DNA from: a virus
Taxonomy: Duplodnaviria > Caudoviricetes
Virus record (IMG/VR): IMGVR_UViG_3300032295_000827
Location: 1 to 38,734 of that record
Length of the DNA stretch: 38,734 nucleotides
Reading direction: 5' to 3' (one strand)
Within the stretch, counting starts at the first letter, position 1; each line of letters begins with the position of its first letter. The notes beneath the pieces were generated by a model. That model did not search any database and was not told the origin of the DNA. It worked only from the letters and a program-made list of their open reading frames with translations. The translations under genes were made by a program, and so were the position numbers. This document shows, one piece after another, positions 1 through 9,368 of this stretch.

Positions 1-639
1 CCTTATGGTGTCACTGAGAACAGTGCGAGAGACTACATCCGACAAGAACTCAAAGGGGTGGAGCTGGAAAGAGGAGAACTTCAAGCCATAGTCAAGGCTG
101 TCTACCGCTTTGCAGTCCGAGAAGTGTTTGCTGGGCCATGTGCCTCTATGACATTCATTCAAAAGACTGCGGGAACAAAGATCAAGGAAGGCTCTAGCAC
201 ACTGGAATGGTTCACGCCTTCTGGATTTCATGTCATTCAGGAATACCGTAAGAATGAATCTCAGCCTGTGTCAACTAGGCTTCTTGGTCAACGGATTCAA
301 ACATGGTTGAACAAGGAATGGGAAGAGCGTCAGATTGATCTGAACAAGGCCAAGACTGCTGCTAGTCCCAATCTGATTCACAGTTTGGATGCGTCATTGC
401 TTCATCTGGTATTTGCGGATTGCGAATACCCATTCACTGTCATCCACGACTGTGTGTTGGGTCGTTCCTGCGACATGGATCAGATGGGCACACAGATCCG
501 TGACAAGTTTGTTGAGATCTATTCCCAACCAGTCCTCCAACAATGGGCTGAATCTCTTGGGGTAGAGTTCGATGAGACTGTCATGCAAAACACTCTGAAT
601 ATCAATGATGTTCAGGAATCGTCCTACTTCTTCTGCTAA
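1..639 (+). CDS. T7-like single-subunit DNA-directed RNA polymerase, C-terminal part (5'-truncated by the window)
   Basis: The frame is open from base 1 (PYGVT, end of motif B). It contains ASPNLIHSLDA and catalytic VIHDC (T7 PNFVHSQD, IHDS) and ends in SYFFC like T7 FAFA. Confidence 0.96.
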   Translation, partial: PYGVTENSARDYIRQELKGVELERGELQAIVKAVYRFAVREVFAGPCASMTFIQKTAGTKIKEGSSTLEWFTPSGFHVIQEYRKNESQPVSTRLLGQRIQTWLNKEWEERQIDLNKAKTAASPNLIHSLDASLLHLVFADCEYPFTVIHDCVLGRSCDMDQMGTQIRDKFVEIYSQPVLQQWAESLGVEFDETVMQNTLNINDVQESSYFFC

Positions 640-957
640 ATGACTGACGTTCCAGCTCAAGAGATCATTGCTCAGGCCGTTGAACTGACTGGGTTCAAGG
701 AGTCCGTTGTGAGTTACCTGCTTGAAGAATTTCTGGAAACAGAAAACGAGCATGGTGTTGACTTCTTTGGATACCTTGGTGAACTGCTGGGGGACGCAAG
801 TTTCATTCTTGCTGCAGCCAAGGGTCTGAACATTGACGGTTGTCTTGCTGCCTATGATTATGGCTACAAGACTGTAACCGAAGGGCTGTTCGAAGATGAC
901 CTTGAGGGGGCCATCGATGACATCGAACTGCGAGGCATCCTTAGCACCGAAGACTGA
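640..957 (+). CDS. Hypothetical highly acidic protein (105 aa)
   Basis: ATG directly follows the RNAP stop (TAA ATG). About 24 D/E versus 4 K/R. Confidence 0.75.
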   Translation: MTDVPAQEIIAQAVELTGFKESVVSYLLEEFLETENEHGVDFFGYLGELLGDASFILAAAKGLNIDGCLAAYDYGYKTVTEGLFEDDLEGAIDDIELRGILSTED

Positions 958-996
958 ATCACACTACCATCATCATCTACCTTTCATACTTCCAAC

Positions 997-1575
997 ATGT
1001 CTGAAGGCCGTTTCATTATCACGACCACCCTTGAGGGATACATCAATGCCCTTAAGCCGTCTGGTAAATTCAACAACTGCTCGATCACCTTTAGGATTCC
1101 CGAAGAGAATCTTGCTAAGTTTGATCGTGGCTACGAGAAGGCAATTGCTGCTGCTAAGAACAAGCAGAATGGTAAGCGTTACACGGAAGAACTTCCCAAG
1201 TGGGATGAAGAGGGTGTAGTCAAGTACTCCTACGGTGGTGACAGCAGCAATCCCATGTTCCCCTGGGTAGACAGCGATGGCATTCCCATCGATCTTGAAA
1301 CTCAGATCTGGAAAGGGACAACTGTTCGTCTCATCATTGACCTTCGTCCCTATGTCTATGCCACCAAGGTTGGCTGCTCTTTTAAGGTGCGTGGCGCACA
1401 GATCATCAAGCTGGTTAGTTCTGGAGGTTCTGATAACGGCGGGCTGGATGAAACTGAAGTGGCAACTCTCTTTGGTAAGATTGCTGGATTCAAGTCTAAT
1501 AGCCCTAGTTTTGAACCCTCCGAAGATCCAGGCGATGGTCCTACCGGCTATGCTGACGACGAACTCCCGTTCTGA
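997..1575 (+). CDS. ssb: Single-stranded DNA-binding protein (T7 gp2.5-like)
   Basis: Lies before endonuclease I, has an OB-fold-like pattern (IWKGTTVRL, VRGAQIIKLV) and an acidic tail ending in Phe (ADDELPF). Confidence 0.9.
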   Translation: MSEGRFIITTTLEGYINALKPSGKFNNCSITFRIPEENLAKFDRGYEKAIAAAKNKQNGKRYTEELPKWDEEGVVKYSYGGDSSNPMFPWVDSDGIPIDLETQIWKGTTVRLIIDLRPYVYATKVGCSFKVRGAQIIKLVSSGGSDNGGLDETEVATLFGKIAGFKSNSPSFEPSEDPGDGPTGYADDELPF

Positions 1576-1949
1576 TGGCAAAGTACCGGTCCCGACTGGA
1601 GGAGAAGCTGGCCCGGTGGTTCGAGCTTAATGGGTACAAGTTTGAGTATGAAAGCCTTCACCTCAACTATACCCTATCGGCTGTATACACCCCTGACTTC
1701 ATACTGCCCAACGGGGTAATTCTTGAGGCCAAGGGGTACTTCAAGCCGGAAGATCGACGCAAGATGCTAGCCGTCAAGCAACAGCATCCGGAGCTAGACA
1801 TTCGTCTGGTGTTCCAAGCGCCACGAAATACGCTCACGAAAACCAGCAAAACTACCTATGCTATGTGGGCAGAAAAGAATGGGTTTCCGTGGGCTCCTTC
1901 CTACAACATCCCCTTGGAATGGTTCGAGAATCCGACTCCGAATTCGTAA
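1575..1949 (+). CDS. Endonuclease I / Holliday junction resolvase (T7 gp3-like)
   Basis: YRSRLE, YTPDF, EAKGYF and DIRLVF motifs. Confidence 0.95.
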   Translation: MAKYRSRLEEKLARWFELNGYKFEYESLHLNYTLSAVYTPDFILPNGVILEAKGYFKPEDRRKMLAVKQQHPELDIRLVFQAPRNTLTKTSKTTYAMWAEKNGFPWAPSYNIPLEWFENPTPNS

Positions 1950-3535
1950 GGCATGAACCATGCCCAGCCTGTGGGAGTAGCGATGCGAACAGCCTCTACA
2001 CTGATGGCCATTCGTATTGCTTCTCCTGCGGGCACTGGGCTCCAGGTTCAGACTCCATCAATGTTCACAAGCCTCATCGCAGATCAATTATGGAACTCTC
2101 TGGGGAAATTGTTCCCCTTCGAACACGAAACATTCTTGAAGAGACCTGCCGTAAATTCAATGTTCGACTTGACCGTGATTCAAAGGTTGTTCAGTTCCCG
2201 TACTACTCGCAAACTGGACAGCTCCTCGCGTATAAAGCTCGTGATGTTGAGAAGGATTTTCGCTGGGTAGGCAAGAACGAAGACCATACACTCTTTGGTC
2301 AGCAACTTTGGGGGCAAGGTAAATCCCTTGTAATCACCGAAGGAGAGTTCGACTGTCTGAGTGTCTTTCAGGTTCGAAATAGTTGGCCAGTCGTCAGCCT
2401 CCCCAATGGAGCACAGGCAGCCAAGAAAGCCCTCCAACACCAACTGAAGTGGATCATGGGCTTTGAGGAGATCATCCTCCTCTTTGATAATGATGATGCT
2501 GGGATTCAAGCAGCACAAGACTGCGCGAGCTTGTTTCCACATGATCGACTGTTCATAGCCAAAACCCATCCATACAAAGACGCAAACGAAGCCCTCATCG
2601 CAAAGGATGGGGAAGCCATCAGGCAGGCCCTGTGGAACAAGAAGTCCTACTCACCCAAAACAGTCATCGATGGTCGAGATCTATTCGATCTGGCCACTCG
2701 CCCTCTCCATGGTCGGGATGCTGATTGGCCCTTTAGTTGTCTCAATACCGTTACTGGTGGTCTTCGACGAGGCGAACTGGTCACAGTCACGGCTGGATCA
2801 GGGGTGGGGAAATCGACCTTCTGTGGTGAGGTAGCTCAACTACTGGTTGATCAGAACCAAAGTGTAGGATATATTGCTCTTGAGGAGAACCTCCAACGAA
2901 CCGCCTTGCGACTCATGTCTGTCAAGGCCAACCGTCCTCTCCACCTCAACAACGAACTGCCTACGGATGATCTCAAGACTGCGTTCGATGCCTCCTTGGG
3001 TACTGGCAGGGTATACCTGCGAGATGGTTTTGGTTCTGTGGACCCTGATGCAATTCTTTCCGACTGCCGGTTCATGGCACTCGCCAAGGAAGTTGGTTGG
3101 ATCATCCTGGATCACTTGTCCATCCTCATGTCTGGCAACGAGTCACACGATGAGAGGAAGCTGATCGACCTCACCATGACCAAGCTCCGATCCTTTGTGG
3201 AGGAGACGGGCATTGGTATGATCCTTATCAGCCACCTCAAACGGCCTCAGAACGACAAAGGCCATGAAGATGGCGCACAGGTCAGCCTGGGGCACCTCAG
3301 GGGCAGCCACTCCATTGTGCAACTATCTGACATCGTGGTCGCCCTTGAACGGAACCTGAGTGCTGGCGACAACCTTGCCAACATTCGAGTTCTTAAGAAT
3401 CGCTTCAATGGACAGACCGGCCCTGCTGGTGCTATTGTGTTTGATAAGGGGACAGGTCGCATGACCGAAGACCTTACCACTGCTTTTGATTCAAAGTCCT
3501 CCAAATCCTCGAACGATGACTACACTGATTTCTAA
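1919..3535 (+). CDS. DNA primase-helicase (T7 gp4-like)
   Basis: Zn-binding CPAC...CFSC, TOPRIM ITEGEFD/FDND, Walker A AGSGVGKST, ILDHL, LRGS and KNRF. ATG 1919 is preferred over GTG 1865. Confidence 0.97.
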   Translation: MVRESDSEFVRHEPCPACGSSDANSLYTDGHSYCFSCGHWAPGSDSINVHKPHRRSIMELSGEIVPLRTRNILEETCRKFNVRLDRDSKVVQFPYYSQTGQLLAYKARDVEKDFRWVGKNEDHTLFGQQLWGQGKSLVITEGEFDCLSVFQVRNSWPVVSLPNGAQAAKKALQHQLKWIMGFEEIILLFDNDDAGIQAAQDCASLFPHDRLFIAKTHPYKDANEALIAKDGEAIRQALWNKKSYSPKTVIDGRDLFDLATRPLHGRDADWPFSCLNTVTGGLRRGELVTVTAGSGVGKSTFCGEVAQLLVDQNQSVGYIALEENLQRTALRLMSVKANRPLHLNNELPTDDLKTAFDASLGTGRVYLRDGFGSVDPDAILSDCRFMALAKEVGWIILDHLSILMSGNESHDERKLIDLTMTKLRSFVEETGIGMILISHLKRPQNDKGHEDGAQVSLGHLRGSHSIVQLSDIVVALERNLSAGDNLANIRVLKNRFNGQTGPAGAIVFDKGTGRMTEDLTTAFDSKSSKSSNDDYTDF

Positions 3536-3680
3536 GGACACACATGATCTTTGTTCCTGCGGTTCTACTTCCTTCTTCTATTCAGAGATGGATATTGCTG
3601 GCTTTTTCTGTACTGAGTGTGGTAAGCCTGATGTCCTCACTCAAAGGGCACTGGACGCAGAAGAAGGTGAGCAGTGGTGA
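3516..3680 (+). CDS. Small putative zinc-ribbon protein (54 aa)
   Basis: CSCG...CTECG cysteine pairs. It fills the helicase-polymerase gap and its stop overlaps the polymerase start (TGATG). Confidence 0.65.
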   Translation: MTTLISKDTHDLCSCGSTSFFYSEMDIAGFFCTECGKPDVLTQRALDAEEGEQW

Positions 3681-5461
3681 TGCGTCTTCTGTTTGACATT
3701 GAAACAAACGGACTACCACGCCAAGGATTAAGTCACGTACATTGTATCGTGGCAAAGGATCTGGATACTGGTGAGGTATTCCGTTACAACGACACAGGAG
3801 GCCGTGAGTCCGTAACTACTGGGGTCAACATCCTGGCAGAGGCCGATCTCCTTGTTGGTCACAACATTGCTGGATTCGATATTCCGGTGCTTCAAGGAAT
3901 CTATCCATTCTTTGAACCAAGGGGTAAGGTCCTAGACACGTTGATCCTAAGTAGGATGTTTTTTCCGGACATTCTTTCAAGGGACTTTCGTAAAAGGCCC
4001 ATCGGAATGCCCAGTAAGCTTTTCGGTAGGCACTCTCTTGAATCTTGGGGCTATCGCCTTGGTGATTACAAGGGACAGTTTGCTAAAACTACTGACTGGT
4101 CGGAGTGGTCCAATGAAATGGAAGACTACTGCGAACAGGATGTTCACGTTGGCATGACTTTGTTCGAGCTGTTCTCACCAAAGCTGAGCAAGTTCGAAGA
4201 TTCCATCCAACTTGAGCATGATGTGGCAGCCATTATGGCCAAGCAGGAAGCCTCTGGATGGCCCTTTGATGTCCGTAAGGCACAGCAGTTAGAGTCCGTT
4301 CTCAGAACAGAAATGGATCAACTGGCTGATCAAATGAGGGCAGCCTTTCCGTATGTGGACGGTGGTCAGATGACCCCTAAGCGTCCCAACGCAACACGTG
4401 GATACATCAAGGATGCTTCCTTCACCAAACTCAAGGAGTTCAATCCCACAAGCCGCGACCACATCGGTTGGGCCTTCATGACCTGGAGGAATTGGCAACC
4501 TGAGGTATTCACCGACACCGGACGACCCAAGATTGATGAAGGCATCCTCCAATCCATCGGAACAAAGGAGGCCAATACATTTGGACGAATCCTAGAACTT
4601 CAAAAGGCTCTGGGTCAACTATCAGATGGTGCTAATGCTTGGCTAAAGACTGTCACCAGGGAAGGACGTATCCATCATACGTGCCAATTGGCCACGAACA
4701 CAGGACGGAATGCCCACAGTCGTCCTAACCTTGGTCAGACTTCCTCTGATCCTCGGTGTCGTGAACTGTTTGGTCCTGGCGAAGGTATGCGTCAGGTTGG
4801 CGCTGATGCTTCTGGACTTGAGCTGCGTATGCTTGGCCACTATCTTGCTTTTTATGATGGAGGTGCCTTCGCAGATGTTGTTGTCAATGGAGACATTCAT
4901 CAACAAAATGCTGATCGGGTTGGCTGCTCCAGAAAGGACGTTAAGACCCTGACCTACGCCTTCATCTACGGAGCATCGGATAAGAAGATCGGAGCTTCCC
5001 TAGACAAGTCCCTTGACGACAAGAAAGCCGTTGCTCTTGGTAAGGACATTCGCAAGAAGTTCCTTGAGGCTATTCCTGGCCTTGATCAACTACTCAAGGC
5101 GGTCAACAAACGAGCAGAGTCCGATGTTCTCAAAGGGTTGGATGGCCGCCCCATCCGCCTCCAAGGAAAGAAGCACGCTGCCCTTAACTACCTCCTTCAA
5201 TCCGCAGGAGCCATTGTTTGCAAAAGGTGGAATGTCATCTCATTCAATCAATTCCAACAACTGGGGTATGCCTGGGATGTGGACTTCCAATGGCTTGGTT
5301 GGATTCACGACGAAATTCAACTTGCTGTAAAACCAAACCTCGTTAATGATGCCAAGTTCCAACTCGAATGGGCGATCGTCCAAGCCGGAGAATACTACAA
5401 CCTCAGAGTACCCCTCGCGGCAGAAGCAAAAGAAGGAGCTTCGTGGGCAGACTGTCACTGA
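3680..5461 (+). CDS. polA: Family A DNA polymerase with 3'-5' exonuclease (T7 gp5-like)
   Basis: ExoI FDIET, GHNIAGFD, motif A DASGLELR, motif B KTLTYAFIYG, motif C IHDEIQ. Confidence 0.98.
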   Translation: MRLLFDIETNGLPRQGLSHVHCIVAKDLDTGEVFRYNDTGGRESVTTGVNILAEADLLVGHNIAGFDIPVLQGIYPFFEPRGKVLDTLILSRMFFPDILSRDFRKRPIGMPSKLFGRHSLESWGYRLGDYKGQFAKTTDWSEWSNEMEDYCEQDVHVGMTLFELFSPKLSKFEDSIQLEHDVAAIMAKQEASGWPFDVRKAQQLESVLRTEMDQLADQMRAAFPYVDGGQMTPKRPNATRGYIKDASFTKLKEFNPTSRDHIGWAFMTWRNWQPEVFTDTGRPKIDEGILQSIGTKEANTFGRILELQKALGQLSDGANAWLKTVTREGRIHHTCQLATNTGRNAHSRPNLGQTSSDPRCRELFGPGEGMRQVGADASGLELRMLGHYLAFYDGGAFADVVVNGDIHQQNADRVGCSRKDVKTLTYAFIYGASDKKIGASLDKSLDDKKAVALGKDIRKKFLEAIPGLDQLLKAVNKRAESDVLKGLDGRPIRLQGKKHAALNYLLQSAGAIVCKRWNVISFNQFQQLGYAWDVDFQWLGWIHDEIQLAVKPNLVNDAKFQLEWAIVQAGEYYNLRVPLAAEAKEGASWADCH

Positions 5462-6185
5462 TACACATCTCCGTGTTGATGCCGACTTCTTTGCCTATCG
5501 CGCCTGTCAATCTGCTGAAACGGAACTTGACTGGGGCGATGATCTGATAACGATCGCCAGCAACTTTAAGGTTGTCCTAGAAATCTTTGAGGGGGAACTC
5601 CAACTCCTCCGTCAACGGTTTGACAGCAACTACATCACCCTCTATTTTTCTGACACAAAAAATTTTAGGAAGCTTATTGATCCGGAATACAAGGGCAAGC
5701 GCACCAAGCGTAAGCCCGTAGGATACAAGAGGCTTCTCAACTGGTGTGCAAAACACTACAAAGTTATTCGCTACCCCAATCTCGAAGCAGACGATGCCCT
5801 AGGATTGGAGTGCCACCTAGATCCATCTGACTTTATCCTGATCAGTCCCGACAAGGACATGAAACAGATCGCCTGTCGCCTGTTCAACGGCGAAGAGGAG
5901 GTCACTGTCACCCCCGAAGAGGCCGACTACTGGTTCTGGACGCAGTGCCTGACCGGTGATCCGGTAGACGGGTACAAGGGGGTTCCTGGGGTTGGATCAG
6001 TAGGTGCCAGGAAGATCCTTGACAAAGCGGAAGATCCATGGGAGGCTATCGTAGCCGCTTACCAAAAGACTGGATTGACCGAGGAGGATGCCCTCCGCAA
6101 CGCTCGTTTGGCTAGGATCCTTCGTCCTGGTGAATACAATTCCACGACTAAGGAACCTATCCTATGGACCCCATCATTTGGCTAG
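5346..6185 (+). CDS. 5'-3' exonuclease (T7 gp6-like); start uncertain
   Basis: VDAD, NFRK...YKGKR, LEADD, SPDKD and GDPVDGYKGVPGVG (H3TH). The only in-frame starts are ATGs 5346 and 5349, inside the polymerase gene. Confidence 0.93.
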   Translation: MMPSSNSNGRSSKPENTTTSEYPSRQKQKKELRGQTVTDTHLRVDADFFAYRACQSAETELDWGDDLITIASNFKVVLEIFEGELQLLRQRFDSNYITLYFSDTKNFRKLIDPEYKGKRTKRKPVGYKRLLNWCAKHYKVIRYPNLEADDALGLECHLDPSDFILISPDKDMKQIACRLFNGEEEVTVTPEEADYWFWTQCLTGDPVDGYKGVPGVGSVGARKILDKAEDPWEAIVAAYQKTGLTEEDALRNARLARILRPGEYNSTTKEPILWTPSFG

Positions 6186-6436
6186 ATCTGATTCTAGTCC
6201 TTGCTGTTCTCTACATTCTGGATCGAAATCTCTTTCATTATGTCGATCTACACCTTCAGAATCTTGGAACCACTCTCTCACTACAATTCCATAAAAGACT
6301 TCTTGGAGTCCGATTGTGGCTCGACCGACAAGCAATGGTTCACAGAGGACCCGTGGGCAAACTCTGGAACGAGTACTGCCTCTGGAAAATCCGAAACAAC
6401 CCAGCCTACAAAGAGTTCTTCGAAAAACGTGAGTAA
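6164..6436 (+). CDS. Hypothetical protein with N-terminal hydrophobic helix (90 aa)
   Basis: ATG ORF overlapping both neighbours; IIWLDLILVLAVLYIL hydrophobic stretch. Confidence 0.65.
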   Translation: MDPIIWLDLILVLAVLYILDRNLFHYVDLHLQNLGTTLSLQFHKRLLGVRLWLDRQAMVHRGPVGKLWNEYCLWKIRNNPAYKEFFEKRE

Positions 6437-6644
6437 GTATTCACCCTCCCACTACCAACGTGGCGGGTCTCAAGTTTGGGACTTCATCATTGATCAGAAC
6501 CTGGACTTCCTTTGTGGCAATGTGGTTAAGTACATCTGCCGTGCTGGGTATAAGGATTATGAGTCCGAACTGGATGATCTCCTGAAGGCTAAGGCCTACA
6601 TTGAGAAGAAGATTGCCCAAGTTTCGGAAGGTCGTAATCGATGA
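6429..6644 (+). CDS. DUF3310 / T7 gp1.7-like putative nucleotide kinase domain protein
   Basis: SPSHY...GNVVKYICRAGYK...DDLLKAKAY signature. GTG start at 6429. Confidence 0.85.
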   Translation: MSKYSPSHYQRGGSQVWDFIIDQNLDFLCGNVVKYICRAGYKDYESELDDLLKAKAYIEKKIAQVSEGRNR

Positions 6645-7012
6645 TCACTCCATCGTTGCTTCAACAGGCCATTACTTTTCGGGAGGTAATGGATCAACCT
6701 CTCAATACTTCTGATGAGAATGTTCACGAACTTCAAGCATCTCTGATCAACGAGGAGTACAAGGAGTGGCGTGATGCGTTTGAAGATGAGCTGAGTATCC
6801 CAAAGGTTGATCAATTGAAGGAGCTGGCCGATCTTGTATTTGTCTGTTACCAGTACGCTGCTGCTCGTGGTTGGAATCTAGACGTGGCTATGCGACGAGT
6901 GTTTGAAAGCAATATGTCCAAGCTGGTCGATGGCAAACCCCTACGTCGAGCAGATGGTAAAGTACTGAAGGGCCCCAACTACTATCCACCTATCCTTGAC
7001 GATCTAGTATGA
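6641..7012 (+). CDS. MazG-like all-alpha NTP pyrophosphohydrolase
   Basis: LINEEYKE, LKELADLVFV, VFESNMSKL and DGKVLKGPNY motifs. Confidence 0.88.
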   Translation: MITPSLLQQAITFREVMDQPLNTSDENVHELQASLINEEYKEWRDAFEDELSIPKVDQLKELADLVFVCYQYAAARGWNLDVAMRRVFESNMSKLVDGKPLRRADGKVLKGPNYYPPILDDLV

Positions 7013-8448
7013 CCAACTTTGCTGACCTGGGAGACCTCCCTAAAACTATCGCCCGGACCGGTCGCGTTCAATCGTGGATCGACAATCCGGAATCGCGCCT
7101 TCCCGTCAGTTGCACCGTCTTTGTAGTAGAAGACAGCATGGAGGGTCCCGAGGGTATTGAAGCCTCCTGGCGTTTTGTTTCCCACGCTCTCCGTAATGGT
7201 GCTGGTGTTGCGGTCCACCTTTCTAAACTCCGCCCGCTGGGCCACGACAATGGTCACGGCCTTACCGCCTCTGGTCCTGTTTCTTTTGCTCGCATCTACT
7301 CGGCTCTTAATGAAACACTTCGAAGGGGAGGATTCTACAAGAACGGGGCTGTGGTATGCCATCTTGACTATACTCATCCCGATGCTATTGATTTCATCCG
7401 TGCCAGTCGTTCAGATCTGGCTTGGGTAAAGCGTTGTCTTAATGTTGATAGTCACTTTTTGGAGTATGCTTCTCCAGAACTGATTGCAGCTACCCTTGAT
7501 GGTATCAAGAAGGGTGATATCTGGTTGAATAAGATTCGTCGTGATGCCTACGGTAAGCGTATCTACGGAAATGTATGTCTTGAGGTCTACCTACCCAGCC
7601 GTGGTACTTGCCTCCTACAACATATCAATCTTGGTGCCTGCGATATTGATGAGCTGGTGCCAGCATTTACCGAGGGCATGTCGTCGCTGGTAGCACTTCA
7701 TGCTAAGACAGGAGTTGGAGATACTGGAGAATATTTGCCTCCTGAAACTGACCGACAAGTAGGACTTGGTGTTTTGGGCCTGGCTAACTTCCTTGCCTAT
7801 CACAAAGTCACCTACAAACAATTTGGTCAGGCTTTAGATGATTACTTCGCACACGCATCACAAAATTCCCCCGCCGATGTACTCGTTGGGGAACTTGCCA
7901 AGGCCGTTGAAGCAGCAGCACAGATCGCCCGCCACGCCAAGATGGACAGGGCGTTCGCTATTGCTCCTACCGCTTCTTGCAGCTACAGCAACATCGATCT
8001 TAGGGGCTTCACTGCCACTCCAGAGTTGGCTCCTCCTATTAGCCGTCACGTCGATCGTGATTCGGGAACGTTTGGGGTTCAGTCATACGATTACCCTGAC
8101 GACTGCGAAATTGCTGCGGAAGTTGGTTGGGATAACTACACGCGGGTAGTTGATGGAATAGTACGACTCTTCCAACATACACTGCTGTTCCATGGGTACT
8201 CGTTCAACAGCTGGAGTGATGTCGTCACTTATGACGCAGCCTTCCTCAAGGAGTGGCTGGACTCGCCACAAACGTCTCTCTACTATGCTCTTCAGGTGAT
8301 GCCTGATACGCAGGCCAAGGACGATGCTCTGGCTGCACTAAATGATGATTTCAAAGATCTCTTTAACTTTGAAACAGACATTGATCCGGATTGTGGCTGC
8401 CCGAAAGTTCAGCCCGACAATGAACCTTGTATTCCTTGCGGAGAATGA
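7009..8448 (+). CDS. nrdA: Ribonucleotide reductase alpha subunit, compact cyanopodovirus type (class I)
   Basis: VSCTV, GNVCLEV (NxCxE), AIAPTASCS, TSLYY tyrosine pair and C-terminal Cys pairs. No ATP cone. Confidence 0.92.
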   Translation: MTNFADLGDLPKTIARTGRVQSWIDNPESRLPVSCTVFVVEDSMEGPEGIEASWRFVSHALRNGAGVAVHLSKLRPLGHDNGHGLTASGPVSFARIYSALNETLRRGGFYKNGAVVCHLDYTHPDAIDFIRASRSDLAWVKRCLNVDSHFLEYASPELIAATLDGIKKGDIWLNKIRRDAYGKRIYGNVCLEVYLPSRGTCLLQHINLGACDIDELVPAFTEGMSSLVALHAKTGVGDTGEYLPPETDRQVGLGVLGLANFLAYHKVTYKQFGQALDDYFAHASQNSPADVLVGELAKAVEAAAQIARHAKMDRAFAIAPTASCSYSNIDLRGFTATPELAPPISRHVDRDSGTFGVQSYDYPDDCEIAAEVGWDNYTRVVDGIVRLFQHTLLFHGYSFNSWSDVVTYDAAFLKEWLDSPQTSLYYALQVMPDTQAKDDALAALNDDFKDLFNFETDIDPDCGCPKVQPDNEPCIPCGE

Positions 8449-9176
8449 ACCCCACACTATCGCCCTATGATCAAGTCATCAGCCGCAAACGCAAGTGGAC
8501 TCCAGTTGCTGTTCAGAAAGGCAAACTAGTTGATGGTGCCGAAGACGCGATCTACCGTGCCCTTGGTCTACGCCACCTCGAACTGCCTGTTAGAGAATTC
8601 CTACAGCAGGGGCTGGAAAAGGAGCTACCTAATACTCCTGGTGTACGTCAAGCTCTGCTATCTAATCAGTTGGATGAAGAGCGTCACGACCAAGCTCTTA
8701 GCTATGTTGTTGCGGCTCACGGCTCCAACGATAAGTTCGAAGCTGAAGCCAAGCACATCCTCAAGGCATGGCTCGACGCACCAGAACATCCCCTCTTGAA
8801 AGCTGCCATCCTTGAACGTAGTGTCTTCTTCGTCATCCTTCCCTTCTTCCGATTCACGGGAGACATCGGCATCCGCACCACAGCAGCAGACATCAGCCGA
8901 GACGAACAAACCCACGTCGCGGTCCACTCGATGGTCTGCTCCGAGCTGGGCCTCAAGTCCACATCAGGCCTCAATCGACTTCGTAGAGCGACTGTTGGAT
9001 GGGTAGTTGATGGACTGTCCTCGTCTGAGAATAAGTATCTGGACAAGGACTTCTGGTTGAATCAGTCTGATTCCTTGTATGAAAGGGGTAAGGCACCGGG
9101 CCTATCCGATACCAAACGTGCCAGGATGCCAGCATTCTTTGAGGCATCTAACACTGACCTCCCTCAGTATGGCTGA
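8445..9176 (+). CDS. nrdB: Ribonucleotide reductase beta subunit (ferritin-like)
   Basis: Coupled to the alpha gene (ATGA). Dimetal pattern LELPV, DEERH, LERSVFF, DEQTH and a C-terminal Tyr. Confidence 0.82.
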   Translation: MNPTLSPYDQVISRKRKWTPVAVQKGKLVDGAEDAIYRALGLRHLELPVREFLQQGLEKELPNTPGVRQALLSNQLDEERHDQALSYVVAAHGSNDKFEAEAKHILKAWLDAPEHPLLKAAILERSVFFVILPFFRFTGDIGIRTTAADISRDEQTHVAVHSMVCSELGLKSTSGLNRLRRATVGWVVDGLSSSENKYLDKDFWLNQSDSLYERGKAPGLSDTKRARMPAFFEASNTDLPQYG

Positions 9177-9366
9177 CAACTACTTAGATCCAGACTTGCT
9201 TCCCCTGACCCGTGTGGTTGGGGGGAGTATTTCTCTTAAGAACCTCATTGCTGAACTCGATGAGATGTATCCAGACAACTACCCCGACCACGAGATGACA
9301 GCGTGGGAATCCGGTAGGATGGCTGGATGTATTGAAATCATCCGTTACCTCAAATCAAAGGTGTAA
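9169..9366 (+). CDS. Small hypothetical protein (65 aa), gp6.5-position
   Basis: ATG overlaps the end of nrdB and the stop lies 2 nt before the next ATG. Confidence 0.7.
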   Translation: MADNYLDPDLLPLTRVVGGSISLKNLIAELDEMYPDNYPDHEMTAWESGRMAGCIEIIRYLKSKV

Positions 9367-9368
9367 TT

